From: an uncultured Clostridia bacterium
Lineage (GTDB): Bacteria; Bacillota; Clostridia; Oscillospirales; QAMX01
Length of the DNA: 64,000 nucleotides
Assembly (NCBI GenBank): GCA_944376195.1
Contig: CALWBW010000004.1
Coordinates: forward strand, 14,313 to 78,312
Reading direction: 5' to 3'
The notes beneath the pieces are model-generated. The model searched no databases. It was not told the DNA's origin and saw nothing but the letters and a program-made list of their open reading frames with translations. This document shows, in pieces, positions 48,943 through 58,227 of this stretch (its first letter is position 1; each line of letters starts with the position of its first letter). The position numbers and the translations under genes are program-made.

Positions 48943-49254
48943 ATGTTTAAAAAGAAAATCGCACAGGCCATTGAACCGGCAGCGGAAGCGAAGCGTCCCG
49001 ATAAAGAAGGAACTTCCAAGCAAAAGCGAAAGAAGTTGACTTTCCGTGATGCCATGGCTCGTGCAGGCAAGTGGTTCCGTGAGCTGAAAAGCGAATTTAA
49101 AAAGGTAGTCTGGCCAACAAAGAAGCAAATCCTGAAAAACACCGCCGTTGTGTTGGTTGTGTTGATTGTGGTTGGCGTTGTGGTCGGCCTTTTGGACTAT
49201 GCGTTTGAGAAGCTCATTCTGGAACAGATTTTGAAGCTTGCAACAGGTTATTAA
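48943..49254 (+). CDS. secE: Preprotein translocase SecE
   Basis: ELKSEFKKVVWP followed by a single TM; synteny with rpmG and nusG. Confidence 0.92.
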   Translation: MFKKKIAQAIEPAAEAKRPDKEGTSKQKRKKLTFRDAMARAGKWFRELKSEFKKVVWPTKKQILKNTAVVLVVLIVVGVVVGLLDYAFEKLILEQILKLATGY

Positions 49255-49296
49255 TGGGATCTTATTCCAAAAACCGGCATGTAAGGGGGTGTCGTA

Positions 49297-49821
49297 ATGG
49301 CGGACGAAGCAAGGTGGTATGTTGTGCATACCTACTCCGGCTATGAAAACAAGGTGGCTGCGACCATTGAAAAGACAATTGAAACCAGAAAATTGCAAGA
49401 TCTTATTTTTGCGGTCAGCATCCCGACAGAAACAGTTCTTGAAGTCCGTGAAAACTCCCAAAAGGAAGTCGAACGCAAAATTTTCCCCGGCTATGTGCTT
49501 GTCAAGATGATTATGACAGACGACAGTTGGCATGTAGTACGAAACACCCGCGGCGTAACCGGATTTGTCGGTCCCGGGTCAAAGCCCGTTGCTTTGACCG
49601 ACGAGGAAGTTGCCGCGCTTGGCATTGACCAGAAGGAGACGAAGGTATCGCTCTCTTATAAGGTCGGGGATCAGGTTCGCGTTACAGACGGTCCGATTAC
49701 GAACTTTGTCGGTATTGTAGATGAGATCAACGAAAACGAGAACCGTGTTCGCGTGATCGTTTCCATGTTTGGCCGCGAAACTCCGGTGGAGTTGGAGCTT
49801 CACCAGGTAGCAGCGATATAA
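49297..49821 (+). CDS. nusG: Transcription factor NusG
   Basis: WYVVHTYSGYENKV, FPGYV, MFGRETPVEL. Confidence 0.97.
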   Translation: MADEARWYVVHTYSGYENKVAATIEKTIETRKLQDLIFAVSIPTETVLEVRENSQKEVERKIFPGYVLVKMIMTDDSWHVVRNTRGVTGFVGPGSKPVALTDEEVAALGIDQKETKVSLSYKVGDQVRVTDGPITNFVGIVDEINENENRVRVIVSMFGRETPVELELHQVAAI

Positions 49822-49855
49822 GAAGGCGCCGCAAGCGCCTGAAAACCCGCGCGAG

Positions 49856-49891
49856 GTGGGAGGACGCGGGAGCGTCCGTATCAATCACCAC
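49856..49891 (+). promoter_or_regulatory. Putative L1-binding RNA element before rplK
   Basis: GTGGGAG-hairpin-ACCAC. Confidence 0.6.
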
Positions 49892-49917
49892 ATTTATCTA
49901 AGGAGGTGCACCTCAAG

Positions 49918-50343
49918 GTGGCACAGAAGGTAGTAGGTTACGTTAAATTACAGATTCCGGCCGGTAAAGCAACTCCAGCCCCTCCGGTTGGCTCCGCGCT
50001 TGGCCCGCACGGCATCAATATCATGGGCTTCACGAAAGAATTCAACGAGCGTACGAAAAACGATATCGGCCTGATCATCCCGGTTATTATCACGATTTAT
50101 GCCGATCGTTCTTTCAGCTTTATCACGAAAACTCCGCCTGCGCCGGTGCTGATTAAGAAGGCATGCGGCATTGAGAGCGGTTCCGGTGAACCCAACAAAA
50201 CCAAGGTTGCAACGCTTTCCAAAGCTGATTGCCGCAAGATCGCCGAGCAGAAAATGCCCGACTTGAATGCCGCTTCTGTGGAAGCCGCAATGAGCATGAT
50301 CGCCGGTACTGCCCGCAGCATGGGTATTTTGGTAGAGGAATAA
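49918..50343 (+). CDS. rplK: 50S ribosomal protein L11
   Basis: [28 protein letters not shown]. Confidence 0.97.
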   Translation: MAQKVVGYVKLQIPAGKATPAPPVGSALGPHGINIMGFTKEFNERTKNDIGLIIPVIITIYADRSFSFITKTPPAPVLIKKACGIESGSGEPNKTKVATLSKADCRKIAEQKMPDLNAASVEAAMSMIAGTARSMGILVEE

Positions 50344-50364
50344 GGGAAAGCCCTTGTTCAAAAA

Positions 50365-50412
50365 GTGGGAGGATAGGAATACCGCACACGGTGTATTCGC
50401 CCGACTAACCAC
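50365..50412 (+). promoter_or_regulatory. Putative L1-binding RNA element before rplA
   Basis: GTGGGAG-hairpin-ACCAC. Confidence 0.6.
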
Positions 50413-50429
50413 TATGAGGAGGAAATAAA

Positions 50430-51128
50430 GTGCATAGAGGCAAGAATTATATAGAGAGTGCGAAGCAGATTGAAAAGCTCCGCCTTTACGATCCCAGCGA
50501 AGCTCTGGGGTCTGTTGTGAAGCTCGCAAAGGCAAAGTTCGACGAAACCGTCGAAGTCCATATCAAACTTGGCGTTGACTCCCGTCATGCCGACCAGCAG
50601 GTTCGTGGCGCCATCGTTCTCCCGAACGGCACCGGTAAAACGGTCCGCGTCCTCGTCTTTGCAAAGGACGACCGTGCAGCTGCCGCCCGTGAGGCAGGCG
50701 CTGAGTACGTCGGTGATACCGATCTCGTAGAGCGTATTCAGAAAGAAAACTGGTTCGATTTCGACGTTGTCATCGCTTCCCCGGATATGATGGGCGTTGT
50801 CGGTCGTTTGGGCCGTGTGCTCGGCCCGAAGGGCTTGATGCCGAACCCGAAGGCCGGTACCGTTACGCCTGACGTAGCCCGTGCCGTTACGGAGGCAAAG
50901 GCCGGTAAGATTGAGTACCGTCTGGACAAGACCAATATCATCCACTGCCCGATTGGCAAGGTTTCCTTTGGTCCGGAAAAGCTTCAGGAAAACTTTGACG
51001 CATTGTTAGGTGCAGTCGTCCGTGCCAAGCCTGCTGCCGCAAAGGGACAGTATATCCGTTCCTGCGTCGTTGCTTCCACGATGGGCCCTGGCATTAAAAT
51101 CAACCCTGCCCGTATTGAGTCCAAGTAA
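50430..51128 (+). CDS. rplA: 50S ribosomal protein L1
   Basis: [28 protein letters not shown]. Confidence 0.97.
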   Translation: MHRGKNYIESAKQIEKLRLYDPSEALGSVVKLAKAKFDETVEVHIKLGVDSRHADQQVRGAIVLPNGTGKTVRVLVFAKDDRAAAAREAGAEYVGDTDLVERIQKENWFDFDVVIASPDMMGVVGRLGRVLGPKGLMPNPKAGTVTPDVARAVTEAKAGKIEYRLDKTNIIHCPIGKVSFGPEKLQENFDALLGAVVRAKPAAAKGQYIRSCVVASTMGPGIKINPARIESK

Positions 51129-51140
51129 CTGCATTTTTTG

Positions 51141-51170
51141 CGCCCCTCCGAAAGACGGAGGGGCGTTTTT
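51141..51170 (+). terminator. Terminator after rplA
   Basis: CGCCCCTCCG-aaaga-CGGAGGGGCG-TTTT. Confidence 0.78.
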
Positions 51171-51258
51171 CCATTTCCGTCACTTTACAAAAGTGCCGGA
51201 ACAGGATATACTAAATTTAATAACGCCCGTCCACTCTGTCTGTGGGAGGTTTCTAATT

Positions 51259-52401
51259 TTGACACGGATTTATTTTGTACGCCATGTTGAGGCGGAGGGG
51301 AATCTATACCGGATTTGCGAAGGGCAATATAACGGTCTGATTACGCTCCATGGAAAGAAACAGCTTTCCTGCGTCGCGTCTTATTTCCAAACGATCCGGC
51401 TTGACGCCATATATTCCAGCGGTCTCTATCGTGCCCATGAAACGGCAAAAGCAGTTGCTTCCGCCTCCGGATTACCGGTTGTTCCCCGCCGCGCATTGCG
51501 GGAGTTGGATTTTGGCCGGTTTGAGGGAATGTCCTGGGGCGACATTTACGAACGTTACCCGGAGGCTCGCACCCAGTTTTATGAGGATTACCGTGCATTC
51601 CGCGCGCCGGGTGGAGAATCCTCCCGTGAAGCCGCCGAACGGCAAATGCAGGAAGTGCTGCAATTGGTTGCACATCATCCAAACGGCGCCATTGCCATTG
51701 TCGGCCATAGCGGAGCATTCGGCGCTTTGCTTCCCACTCTGCTCCAAAAATTTGAAACGCTTCGTGCGCCGCTTTACATGAGTAATGCCGCCGTAAGCGT
51801 TTTGGAAACCGACGGTACCGCGTTTCAAATGCTGCAATTTAACGACAACGTACACCTGCAATCCCTTGCGGCATCACATTTTAATCCCCATCCGAAAATC
51901 CAGTTTTCCTACCGCTTGGCCGATCCCAGCCGTGACGAGGTATTCCTGCGAGCATGTGGAGAAGGGGCATGGAAAGCCGTCTACGGGAATTTGCAGCTTT
52001 TTTCCGGTGAACGGTTTTATGCCAATGCGCGCGGGATTCTTGCGGCGGACAGGCGCAACGCCTTTATCCCGCTCGCAGACGGGAAGCCGGCCGGGCTTCT
52101 TCTGCTCGACTCTCGCCAGACGGATGAACCCGCAACGGGGCACATTGCGCTGATCTACCTGCTGCCCGAATACCGCGGCATGGGGCTGGGCGCGCAGCTA
52201 ATCGGCCGCGCCGTCGTGGAATACCGCGTGCGGGGCATGAAAACGCTTCGTTTGAATGTGGCCAGTTCCAACAAAAAAGCCCAGCATTTTTATGAACGGC
52301 TGGGCTTTATCCGGGATACTCCTCTTTCCAAAATTGTTTCCCGGCAACAGGTCATGAAGCTTTCCATTGCGCTTCCCCCCGTTTACGATGAAAACCCCTG
52401 A
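51259..52401 (+). CDS. Histidine phosphatase / GNAT acetyltransferase fusion
   Basis: TTG start with GGGAGG SD; FVRHVE, ELDFG, PGGES, VGHSG; C-terminal RGMGLG and FYERLGF. Confidence 0.82.
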   Translation: MTRIYFVRHVEAEGNLYRICEGQYNGLITLHGKKQLSCVASYFQTIRLDAIYSSGLYRAHETAKAVASASGLPVVPRRALRELDFGRFEGMSWGDIYERYPEARTQFYEDYRAFRAPGGESSREAAERQMQEVLQLVAHHPNGAIAIVGHSGAFGALLPTLLQKFETLRAPLYMSNAAVSVLETDGTAFQMLQFNDNVHLQSLAASHFNPHPKIQFSYRLADPSRDEVFLRACGEGAWKAVYGNLQLFSGERFYANARGILAADRRNAFIPLADGKPAGLLLLDSRQTDEPATGHIALIYLLPEYRGMGLGAQLIGRAVVEYRVRGMKTLRLNVASSNKKAQHFYERLGFIRDTPLSKIVSRQQVMKLSIALPPVYDENP

Positions 52402-52499
52402 CAAAACCGATCGGTTTTTCTGCGCTTTGTAACTTTGTCACGGAAAGGGTTTTACGTATCTGCTATACTAATGCCAACAAAGAAAAAGGAGTGACGAAT

Positions 52500-52808
52500 A
52501 TGTCCATCAATGTTAATAAAAATAATTTTGTACAGGAAGTTTTGCAATCTTCGAAGCCCGTATTAGTTGATTTCTGGGCCTCCTGGTGTGGTCCCTGCCG
52601 TATGCTTGCACCCACGCTGGATGAAATTGCCGCCGAGCATCCGGAAATCACCCTTGCCAAAGTCAACGTTGATGAGGAACAGGAGCTTGCCGTACAGTTT
52701 CAGGTGATGAGTATCCCCACGTTGATCCTCTTTAAGGGTGGGAAACCGGTTGCCACCTCCATTGGGTTCCGTCCTAAGGAGACGCTTGAGGCCATGTTAG
52801 ATGCCTGA
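52500..52808 (+). CDS. trxA: Thioredoxin
   Basis: DFWASWCGPC, SIPT. Confidence 0.95.
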   Translation: MSINVNKNNFVQEVLQSSKPVLVDFWASWCGPCRMLAPTLDEIAAEHPEITLAKVNVDEEQELAVQFQVMSIPTLILFKGGKPVATSIGFRPKETLEAMLDA

Positions 52809-52956
52809 TGCGTTTGAGCGTTGCCAACCTTCTCCTGCTGCCGGTATCAAATTTTATGAAAAACGCAACCGCGCCCTTCCCCCCGATATGCCGGGAGAGG
52901 GCGCGGTATTTCTTATGATCTCGTTTTCGGCCGAAGAGGGAACCTGATTTTAAAAC

Positions 52957-54045
52957 TTATTCGTCCGATTTTTCGTCAGAGGAGGCCTTCTGCTCCCCTA
53001 CTTTCTGTTCTGCCGCCTTCTGTGTGACTGCCGATGTCTGTGCGTGGGAAGCGCGCCACTGCGCGATTGCCTCGGCATTTTTCAACGCTTTTTCCTCCCG
53101 GCGCACCGCACGTCTCGGCGCGCTGCGCTTTACAAATACCAAAACCAAGGCAACGATCACCGCCAGGATCACCAAAACAGGAGACGCACCGACGACCCAG
53201 ATAACCAGGTTTTCCCCGAAATCGGCCATTCCCTGAAGCGTATCCCGGAATTGCTGCGAAATGCGTTCTCCAAAAGTCTTCGGCAGCGCCACCGGTTCGG
53301 TTGTCTCACGCACTTCGTTGAGATAGACGTCAATTGTGGAATACGCAATCTGATTATCCAGCAGGCGCAGAGAACCTGTCAGAGATTCTATTTCATACAC
53401 GGTGTCGGAAAGCGCCGACTCCAGCGCAATGATGCTTTCCATATCCTCCGCCTGCTCCAACAGTTCCAAAAGACGGGTTCGTTTCGTTTCCAGAGATTCC
53501 AGACGCGCCTCCATGTCAAAATAGGAGTCCGTCACGTCATCCGTCCAAATATTTGTAGAACTGACGGTTCCAAGGTTTTCCCGATAGGAAAGGAACTGAT
53601 CGAAGTTTTCCGCCGGGATACGTACCGTATAATTGGCGCTGTGCAGCTCATACCGGGAGTTGTAAACGCTCACGTTTGCCTGTGAAATATACCCGCCCAG
53701 TTCTTCCACCAGCGCTTGCAGCTCGGCGACTGACGCGTCAAATTCCTTCGTCTCCAGCTCAATCCAGGCGTTGCGTATAATCTTTCGGTCTGTGGAAAGG
53801 TCTCCGGTGGCCGGAAGTATCGAGTCGGAGGCCAAAGCACTTCCCGCCGTATCACTATCAGTCTCCGCTTCCTCCGGAGCGGAATCCGACGTTACACCCG
53901 CGCCATTGATTTCGTTATCACTATAATAGTACCCGCTATCCATGGTGGTATCGGCAGCGTCCTTCCCCACACTTGCCGCACACCCTGCCATACAGGCCAG
54001 CAACAGCAAAACCGCAAAGGAGAGCGCTGCAAATCGAAGCTTCAT
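52957..54045 (-). CDS. DUF4349-like lipoprotein with C-terminal TM
   Basis: Lipobox MAGC, RKIIRNA, TVRIP, DVTDSYFD, coiled coil, C-terminal hydrophobic segment. Confidence 0.75.
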   Translation of the reverse strand: MKLRFAALSFAVLLLLACMAGCAASVGKDAADTTMDSGYYYSDNEINGAGVTSDSAPEEAETDSDTAGSALASDSILPATGDLSTDRKIIRNAWIELETKEFDASVAELQALVEELGGYISQANVSVYNSRYELHSANYTVRIPAENFDQFLSYRENLGTVSSTNIWTDDVTDSYFDMEARLESLETKRTRLLELLEQAEDMESIIALESALSDTVYEIESLTGSLRLLDNQIAYSTIDVYLNEVRETTEPVALPKTFGERISQQFRDTLQGMADFGENLVIWVVGASPVLVILAVIVALVLVFVKRSAPRRAVRREEKALKNAEAIAQWRASHAQTSAVTQKAAEQKVGEQKASSDEKSDE

Positions 54046-54107
54046 ACTCGGTTTCCTCCTCATTTTCACCGGATTATTTGAGGGAGTGCCTCCCTCTTTC
54101 TGTCTAT

Positions 54108-54136
54108 TTGACGACAGGACTTCTGAAAAAGTTTCT
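54108..54136 (-). promoter_or_regulatory. ECF-sigma-type promoter
   Basis: GAAAC-17-CGTC on the minus strand, upstream of the lipoprotein gene. Confidence 0.55.
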
Positions 54137-54224
54137 ATTTATCTTGAAAGAACCGTCATAGTGTGATAAAATCGTAGCGGAAAAGATTTTTATGGCCGTT
54201 TGGCCGTTTAAAGGAGGAGCTGTC

Positions 54225-54794
54225 ATGTCCACAATTTTAGTTGAAACGTCCGCAAGACACCTTCATGTCACCCGTGAAGTGCTTGATATTCTCTTTGGCG
54301 AGGGATATGAACTCACCGTGAAAAAGGATCTCTCGCAGCCCGGTCAGTACCTTTCCAATGAAAAAGTACGTGTCATCGGCAAAAAAAGTGAATTCCCCGG
54401 CGTCTCGATCTTAGGTCCGGTCCGTTCTTACACGCAGGTGGAAATTACCCTTACCGATGCCCGCGCCATCGGTGTCACCGCTCCCGTGCGGGAGAGCGGC
54501 GATATTGCCGGCTCCGGTTCCTGCGAACTCGTCGGGCCGAAGGGCAGCGTCACCATTGAGGAAGGCGTCATCTGCGCCAAGCGCCACATTCATCTCCGTC
54601 CCTGTGACGCGGAGGAACTCGGCCTGCAAAACGGTCAGACTGTCAGCGTGAAAATCGATTCTTCGCGTCCTGTCGTCTATGGGGACGTGGTGGTCCGTGT
54701 CAGCGAAAAATTCATGCCCGCTATGCATATTGATGTCGACGAGTGCAACGCCGCAGGTATCTCGGGCGAAATTTACGGCGAAATTCTGAAATAA
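54225..54794 (+). CDS. pduL: PduL-family phosphate acyltransferase
   Basis: SARHLH, LSQPGQY, RESGD, AKRHIH, MHIDVDE. Confidence 0.9.
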   Translation: MSTILVETSARHLHVTREVLDILFGEGYELTVKKDLSQPGQYLSNEKVRVIGKKSEFPGVSILGPVRSYTQVEITLTDARAIGVTAPVRESGDIAGSGSCELVGPKGSVTIEEGVICAKRHIHLRPCDAEELGLQNGQTVSVKIDSSRPVVYGDVVVRVSEKFMPAMHIDVDECNAAGISGEIYGEILK

Positions 54795-54802
54795 GCATTT
54801 GT

Positions 54803-54839
54803 AAAAAAAGCCGCCGCTTTCAGACGGCGGCTTTTTTTC
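54803..54839 (+). terminator. Terminator after pduL
   Basis: AAAAAAAGCCGCCG..CGGCGGCTTTTTTT. Confidence 0.75.
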
Positions 54840-54894
54840 TATCCTCAGGAGCCTGCTCGTTTTTGGCAAGGAATTTTTGATTGGATGTGTCACA

Positions 54895-56364
54895 ATGAAA
54901 AAAAGCGTATATTTAAATTCGACTCTTTTAACCGATTTCTATGAACTCACCATGGCAAACGGTTATTTCGTCCGAGGCTTCGGTGACCGGGAAGTCTGTT
55001 TTGATATGTTCTTCCGTTCTGTCCCGGACGGCGGCGGTTATGCCATCATGGCCGGCGTCGAACAACTGATGGATTATCTCAAAAATTTGCAATTTGATGA
55101 GGAAGACATTGCCTACCTTCGCTCAAAGAATTGCTTCAGTGAAGACTTTTTGCAGTATCTGCTCCATTTTCAGTTTGTCTGCGATGTTTGGGCCATTCCG
55201 GAGGGCACGCCGATTTTCCCCGGAGAACCGATTGTGACCGTACGCGGTCCCGTCATCCAGGCACAGTTTATTGAAACCATGCTGCTTTTGCTGATTAACC
55301 ATCAGAGCCTGATTGCAACCAAAGCGAACCGTGTCTGTCGCGCGGCGCAGGGCCGTGCCGTGATGGAATTCGGTTCCCGGCGCGCACAGGGCGGCGACGG
55401 TGCCGTGCTGGGCGCCCGCGCGGCCTATATCGGCGGCTGTGCCGCCACGGCCTGCGCGATGGCCGATCGGGATTACGGTATCCCCGCCACCGGCACCATG
55501 GCGCACAGTTGGGTCATGATGTTCGATTCAGAATACGAAGCTTTTCGCGCTTACGCAGAGGAATACCCGGATAACTGTACCTTGCTGATCGATACGTATA
55601 GCGTGCTAAAATCCGGACTGCCCAATGCCATCCGCGTTTTCCGCGAAGTCTTGGAACCCAAGGGATACCGTCCACGCGGCATCCGGATTGATTCCGGCGA
55701 CTTGGCCTATTTGTCACGGGAAGTGCGGCGTATCCTTGACCGTGAAGGGTTCCCGGACTGCAAAATCGTCGTTTCAAATGCGCTGGATGAGTTTATCATC
55801 AAAGATCTGCTCTCCCAGAATGCGCCGATTGATTCCTTCGGCGTTGGCGAACGCCTGATTACGTCCCGCTCGGAACCCGTATTTGGCGGCGTTTACAAAT
55901 TGTCCGGCGTTGTCAAAGACGGAGAGTTGATCCCCAAGCTGAAACTTTCGGAAAACGTCGGAAAAATGACGACGCCTGGCTTTAAAAGCGTATGGCGGCT
56001 TTTTGATAACGCCACCAATCACGCGATCGCCGATGTGGTCACCCTCCATGAGGAAGTCATTACAAACGACGAGCCCTATCTGCTCTTTGATCCGGAGCAT
56101 GTCTGGAAGAGTCAGTGGGTGGATGATTTCCATGCCGTGCGGCTGCCCGTTCAGATTTTCCGCAAAGGCGTATGCTGCTATCAGACGCCGGACATTCGGG
56201 AAATCCAGACCTATTGCAAAGAACAGGTCTCCACTCTTTGGGACGAGGTCCTGCGTTTTGAAAACCCGCACAGGTATTATGTCGACCTGTCAAAACCCCT
56301 TTGGGATATTAAAAATGACCTGATTACACAGGCACGGATTGCCTCTTATCCAAGAAAGAAGTAA
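54895..56364 (+). CDS. pncB: Nicotinate phosphoribosyltransferase
   Basis: LLTDFYELTM, EFGSRRAQG, GTMAHSW, RIDSGD, GVYKL. Confidence 0.94.
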   Translation: MKKSVYLNSTLLTDFYELTMANGYFVRGFGDREVCFDMFFRSVPDGGGYAIMAGVEQLMDYLKNLQFDEEDIAYLRSKNCFSEDFLQYLLHFQFVCDVWAIPEGTPIFPGEPIVTVRGPVIQAQFIETMLLLLINHQSLIATKANRVCRAAQGRAVMEFGSRRAQGGDGAVLGARAAYIGGCAATACAMADRDYGIPATGTMAHSWVMMFDSEYEAFRAYAEEYPDNCTLLIDTYSVLKSGLPNAIRVFREVLEPKGYRPRGIRIDSGDLAYLSREVRRILDREGFPDCKIVVSNALDEFIIKDLLSQNAPIDSFGVGERLITSRSEPVFGGVYKLSGVVKDGELIPKLKLSENVGKMTTPGFKSVWRLFDNATNHAIADVVTLHEEVITNDEPYLLFDPEHVWKSQWVDDFHAVRLPVQIFRKGVCCYQTPDIREIQTYCKEQVSTLWDEVLRFENPHRYYVDLSKPLWDIKNDLITQARIASYPRKK

Positions 56365-56369
56365 CGGTT

Positions 56370-57293
56370 ATGATTTATACTCACATTTCCGAATTAATCG
56401 GCCATACGCCGGTTGTATCCCTCTCCGGTTTCGCGCGGGCCTATGGAATCAACGCGACCGTCGCGGCAAAGCTGGAGTTTTTCAATCCGCTCGGGTCCGC
56501 CAAAGACCGTGTCGCACGGGAAATGCTGGAACAGGCGATTGCAGATGGCAGTCTGCGTCCCGGCATGTGCGTTGTAGAACCCACCTCCGGCAATACCGGC
56601 GTAGGGCTTGCGTATGTTGCCAAGCGATACGGCTTCCCGGTTATTCTGACCATGCCGGATAACATGAGCATAGAACGCCGCCGCCTGCTCTCCGCGCTCA
56701 GTGCGGAACTCGTCCTTACACCTGCACGGGAGGGTATGACGGGAGCCATTCAAAAAGCCCGGGAAATTGCCTCGGCGCGCGGCGGGTTTATTCCCGATCA
56801 GTTTTCCAACCCCGCAGGACCGGCCGCTCATTATAAAACAACCGGCCCGGAGCTCTGGCAAGACTGCGGCGGTGACATTGCCGCGTTTGTCTGTACCGTG
56901 GGGACAGGCGGCACCATCACGGGAACCGGCCGTTATTTGAAAGAGCAAAACCCGAATATCCGTATTTATGCTGTCGAACCGGCGGACTCTCCCGTACTCT
57001 CCGGCGGCAAGCCGGGTTCCCATCAGTTGCAGGGAATTGGCGCGGGATTTGTGCCGGACGCGCTTGACACCTCGGTATACGACGGCATCGTCACCGTTCA
57101 CACGGATGAAGCCTATCGCGCCGCGCGTACGGCTGCACGGGAAGACGGCGTACTGGCCGGTATTTCCTCCGGCGCGGCGCTGCACGCCGTATCTGTCCTT
57201 GCACCCCGGTTTTCAGGGGCAACCATCGCGGTTTTGCTGCCGGACACCGGCGAACGCTATCTCTCAACAGAACTGTACGAGGAATCTCTATGA
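56370..57293 (+). CDS. cysK: Cysteine synthase A
   Basis: NPLGSAKDR (PLP Lys), EPTSGNTG, GTGGT, QGIGAG. Confidence 0.93.
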   Translation: MIYTHISELIGHTPVVSLSGFARAYGINATVAAKLEFFNPLGSAKDRVAREMLEQAIADGSLRPGMCVVEPTSGNTGVGLAYVAKRYGFPVILTMPDNMSIERRRLLSALSAELVLTPAREGMTGAIQKAREIASARGGFIPDQFSNPAGPAAHYKTTGPELWQDCGGDIAAFVCTVGTGGTITGTGRYLKEQNPNIRIYAVEPADSPVLSGGKPGSHQLQGIGAGFVPDALDTSVYDGIVTVHTDEAYRAARTAAREDGVLAGISSGAALHAVSVLAPRFSGATIAVLLPDTGERYLSTELYEESL

Positions 57294-58156
57294 AATTGAG
57301 CGAATTGTTTGACCAAAAACTTCCGGCGGTATCCGCCAAACTTTTTGAAGCGCATGCGAAGTTCTCCGATGGGGAGAGTTTTATTGGGAACGCTGGCCGC
57401 ACCCGTGTGATTACTCTGATTGACACCCTGCGCAGTGCGCTGTTCCCGGGCATTTATGAAACGGTACCTGTGGAACCGGGTTCGATCGATGTGTTTATTT
57501 CCGCGCGCCTGCGGGATGTAGGAATCACTCTGCGCGCACTTTTGGAGACGTCGCTCAGTATGGACACGGATCCCGATCAGATTGTGACGCAGTTTCTCGA
57601 AGCCCTACCCGAGATACGGGCGCTTTTAGCTCTGGATATTCAGGCAGCCTATGACGGGGACCCTGCCGCACGTTTCCAGGAAGAGATTTTACTTTCCTAT
57701 CCCGGTTTTGAGGCTGTAATGATCTATCGTTTTGCCCATGTCCTCTATGCGCTTGGCGTACCGGTGATCCCGCGGATCATGACGGAGTACGCGCACCAGC
57801 GCACGGGGATTGATATTCATCCCGGCGCGGTCATCGGCCGTCGCTTTTTCATCGACCACGGTACCGGCGTCGTCATCGGAGAAACCTGCGTCATCGGCGA
57901 TAATGTCAAAATGTATCAGGGCGTAACCCTCGGCGCGCGCAGTTTCGATCTTGACGAACACGGCAATCCGGTCAAAGGGATCAAGCGTCATCCGGATATT
58001 GAAGACGACGTCATCATTTATTCCGGCGCAACCATATTAGGCGGCGATACGCGCATCGGCCGCGGTTCCGTCATCGGCGGTAACGTCTGGCTGACGCACT
58101 CGGTTCCTCCCTACTCCAAAGTCTATAATGCACAGCCAGCGCCCATTATCAAATAA
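57290..58156 (+). CDS. cysE: Serine O-acetyltransferase
   Basis: GDPAA, TGIDIHPGA, IDHGTGVVIGET, KRHP. Confidence 0.92.
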   Translation: MKLSELFDQKLPAVSAKLFEAHAKFSDGESFIGNAGRTRVITLIDTLRSALFPGIYETVPVEPGSIDVFISARLRDVGITLRALLETSLSMDTDPDQIVTQFLEALPEIRALLALDIQAAYDGDPAARFQEEILLSYPGFEAVMIYRFAHVLYALGVPVIPRIMTEYAHQRTGIDIHPGAVIGRRFFIDHGTGVVIGETCVIGDNVKMYQGVTLGARSFDLDEHGNPVKGIKRHPDIEDDVIIYSGATILGGDTRIGRGSVIGGNVWLTHSVPPYSKVYNAQPAPIIK

Positions 58157-58180
58157 CTGTATAAAAACGGCGGAAACATA

Positions 58181-58224
58181 AAAACGTGCCGGATGAACGA
58201 ATTCATCCGGCACGTTTCTTTTTT
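58181..58224. terminator. Bidirectional terminator between cysE and the sulfatase gene
   Basis: AAAACGTGCCGGATGAA..TTCATCCGGCACGTTT. Confidence 0.78.
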
Positions 58225-58227
58225 AAC

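Noticed and set aside
51241-51250. Third GTGGGAGG as an L1 site
   Set aside because: No downstream ACCAC partner; it is the SD of the phosphatase-GNAT gene.
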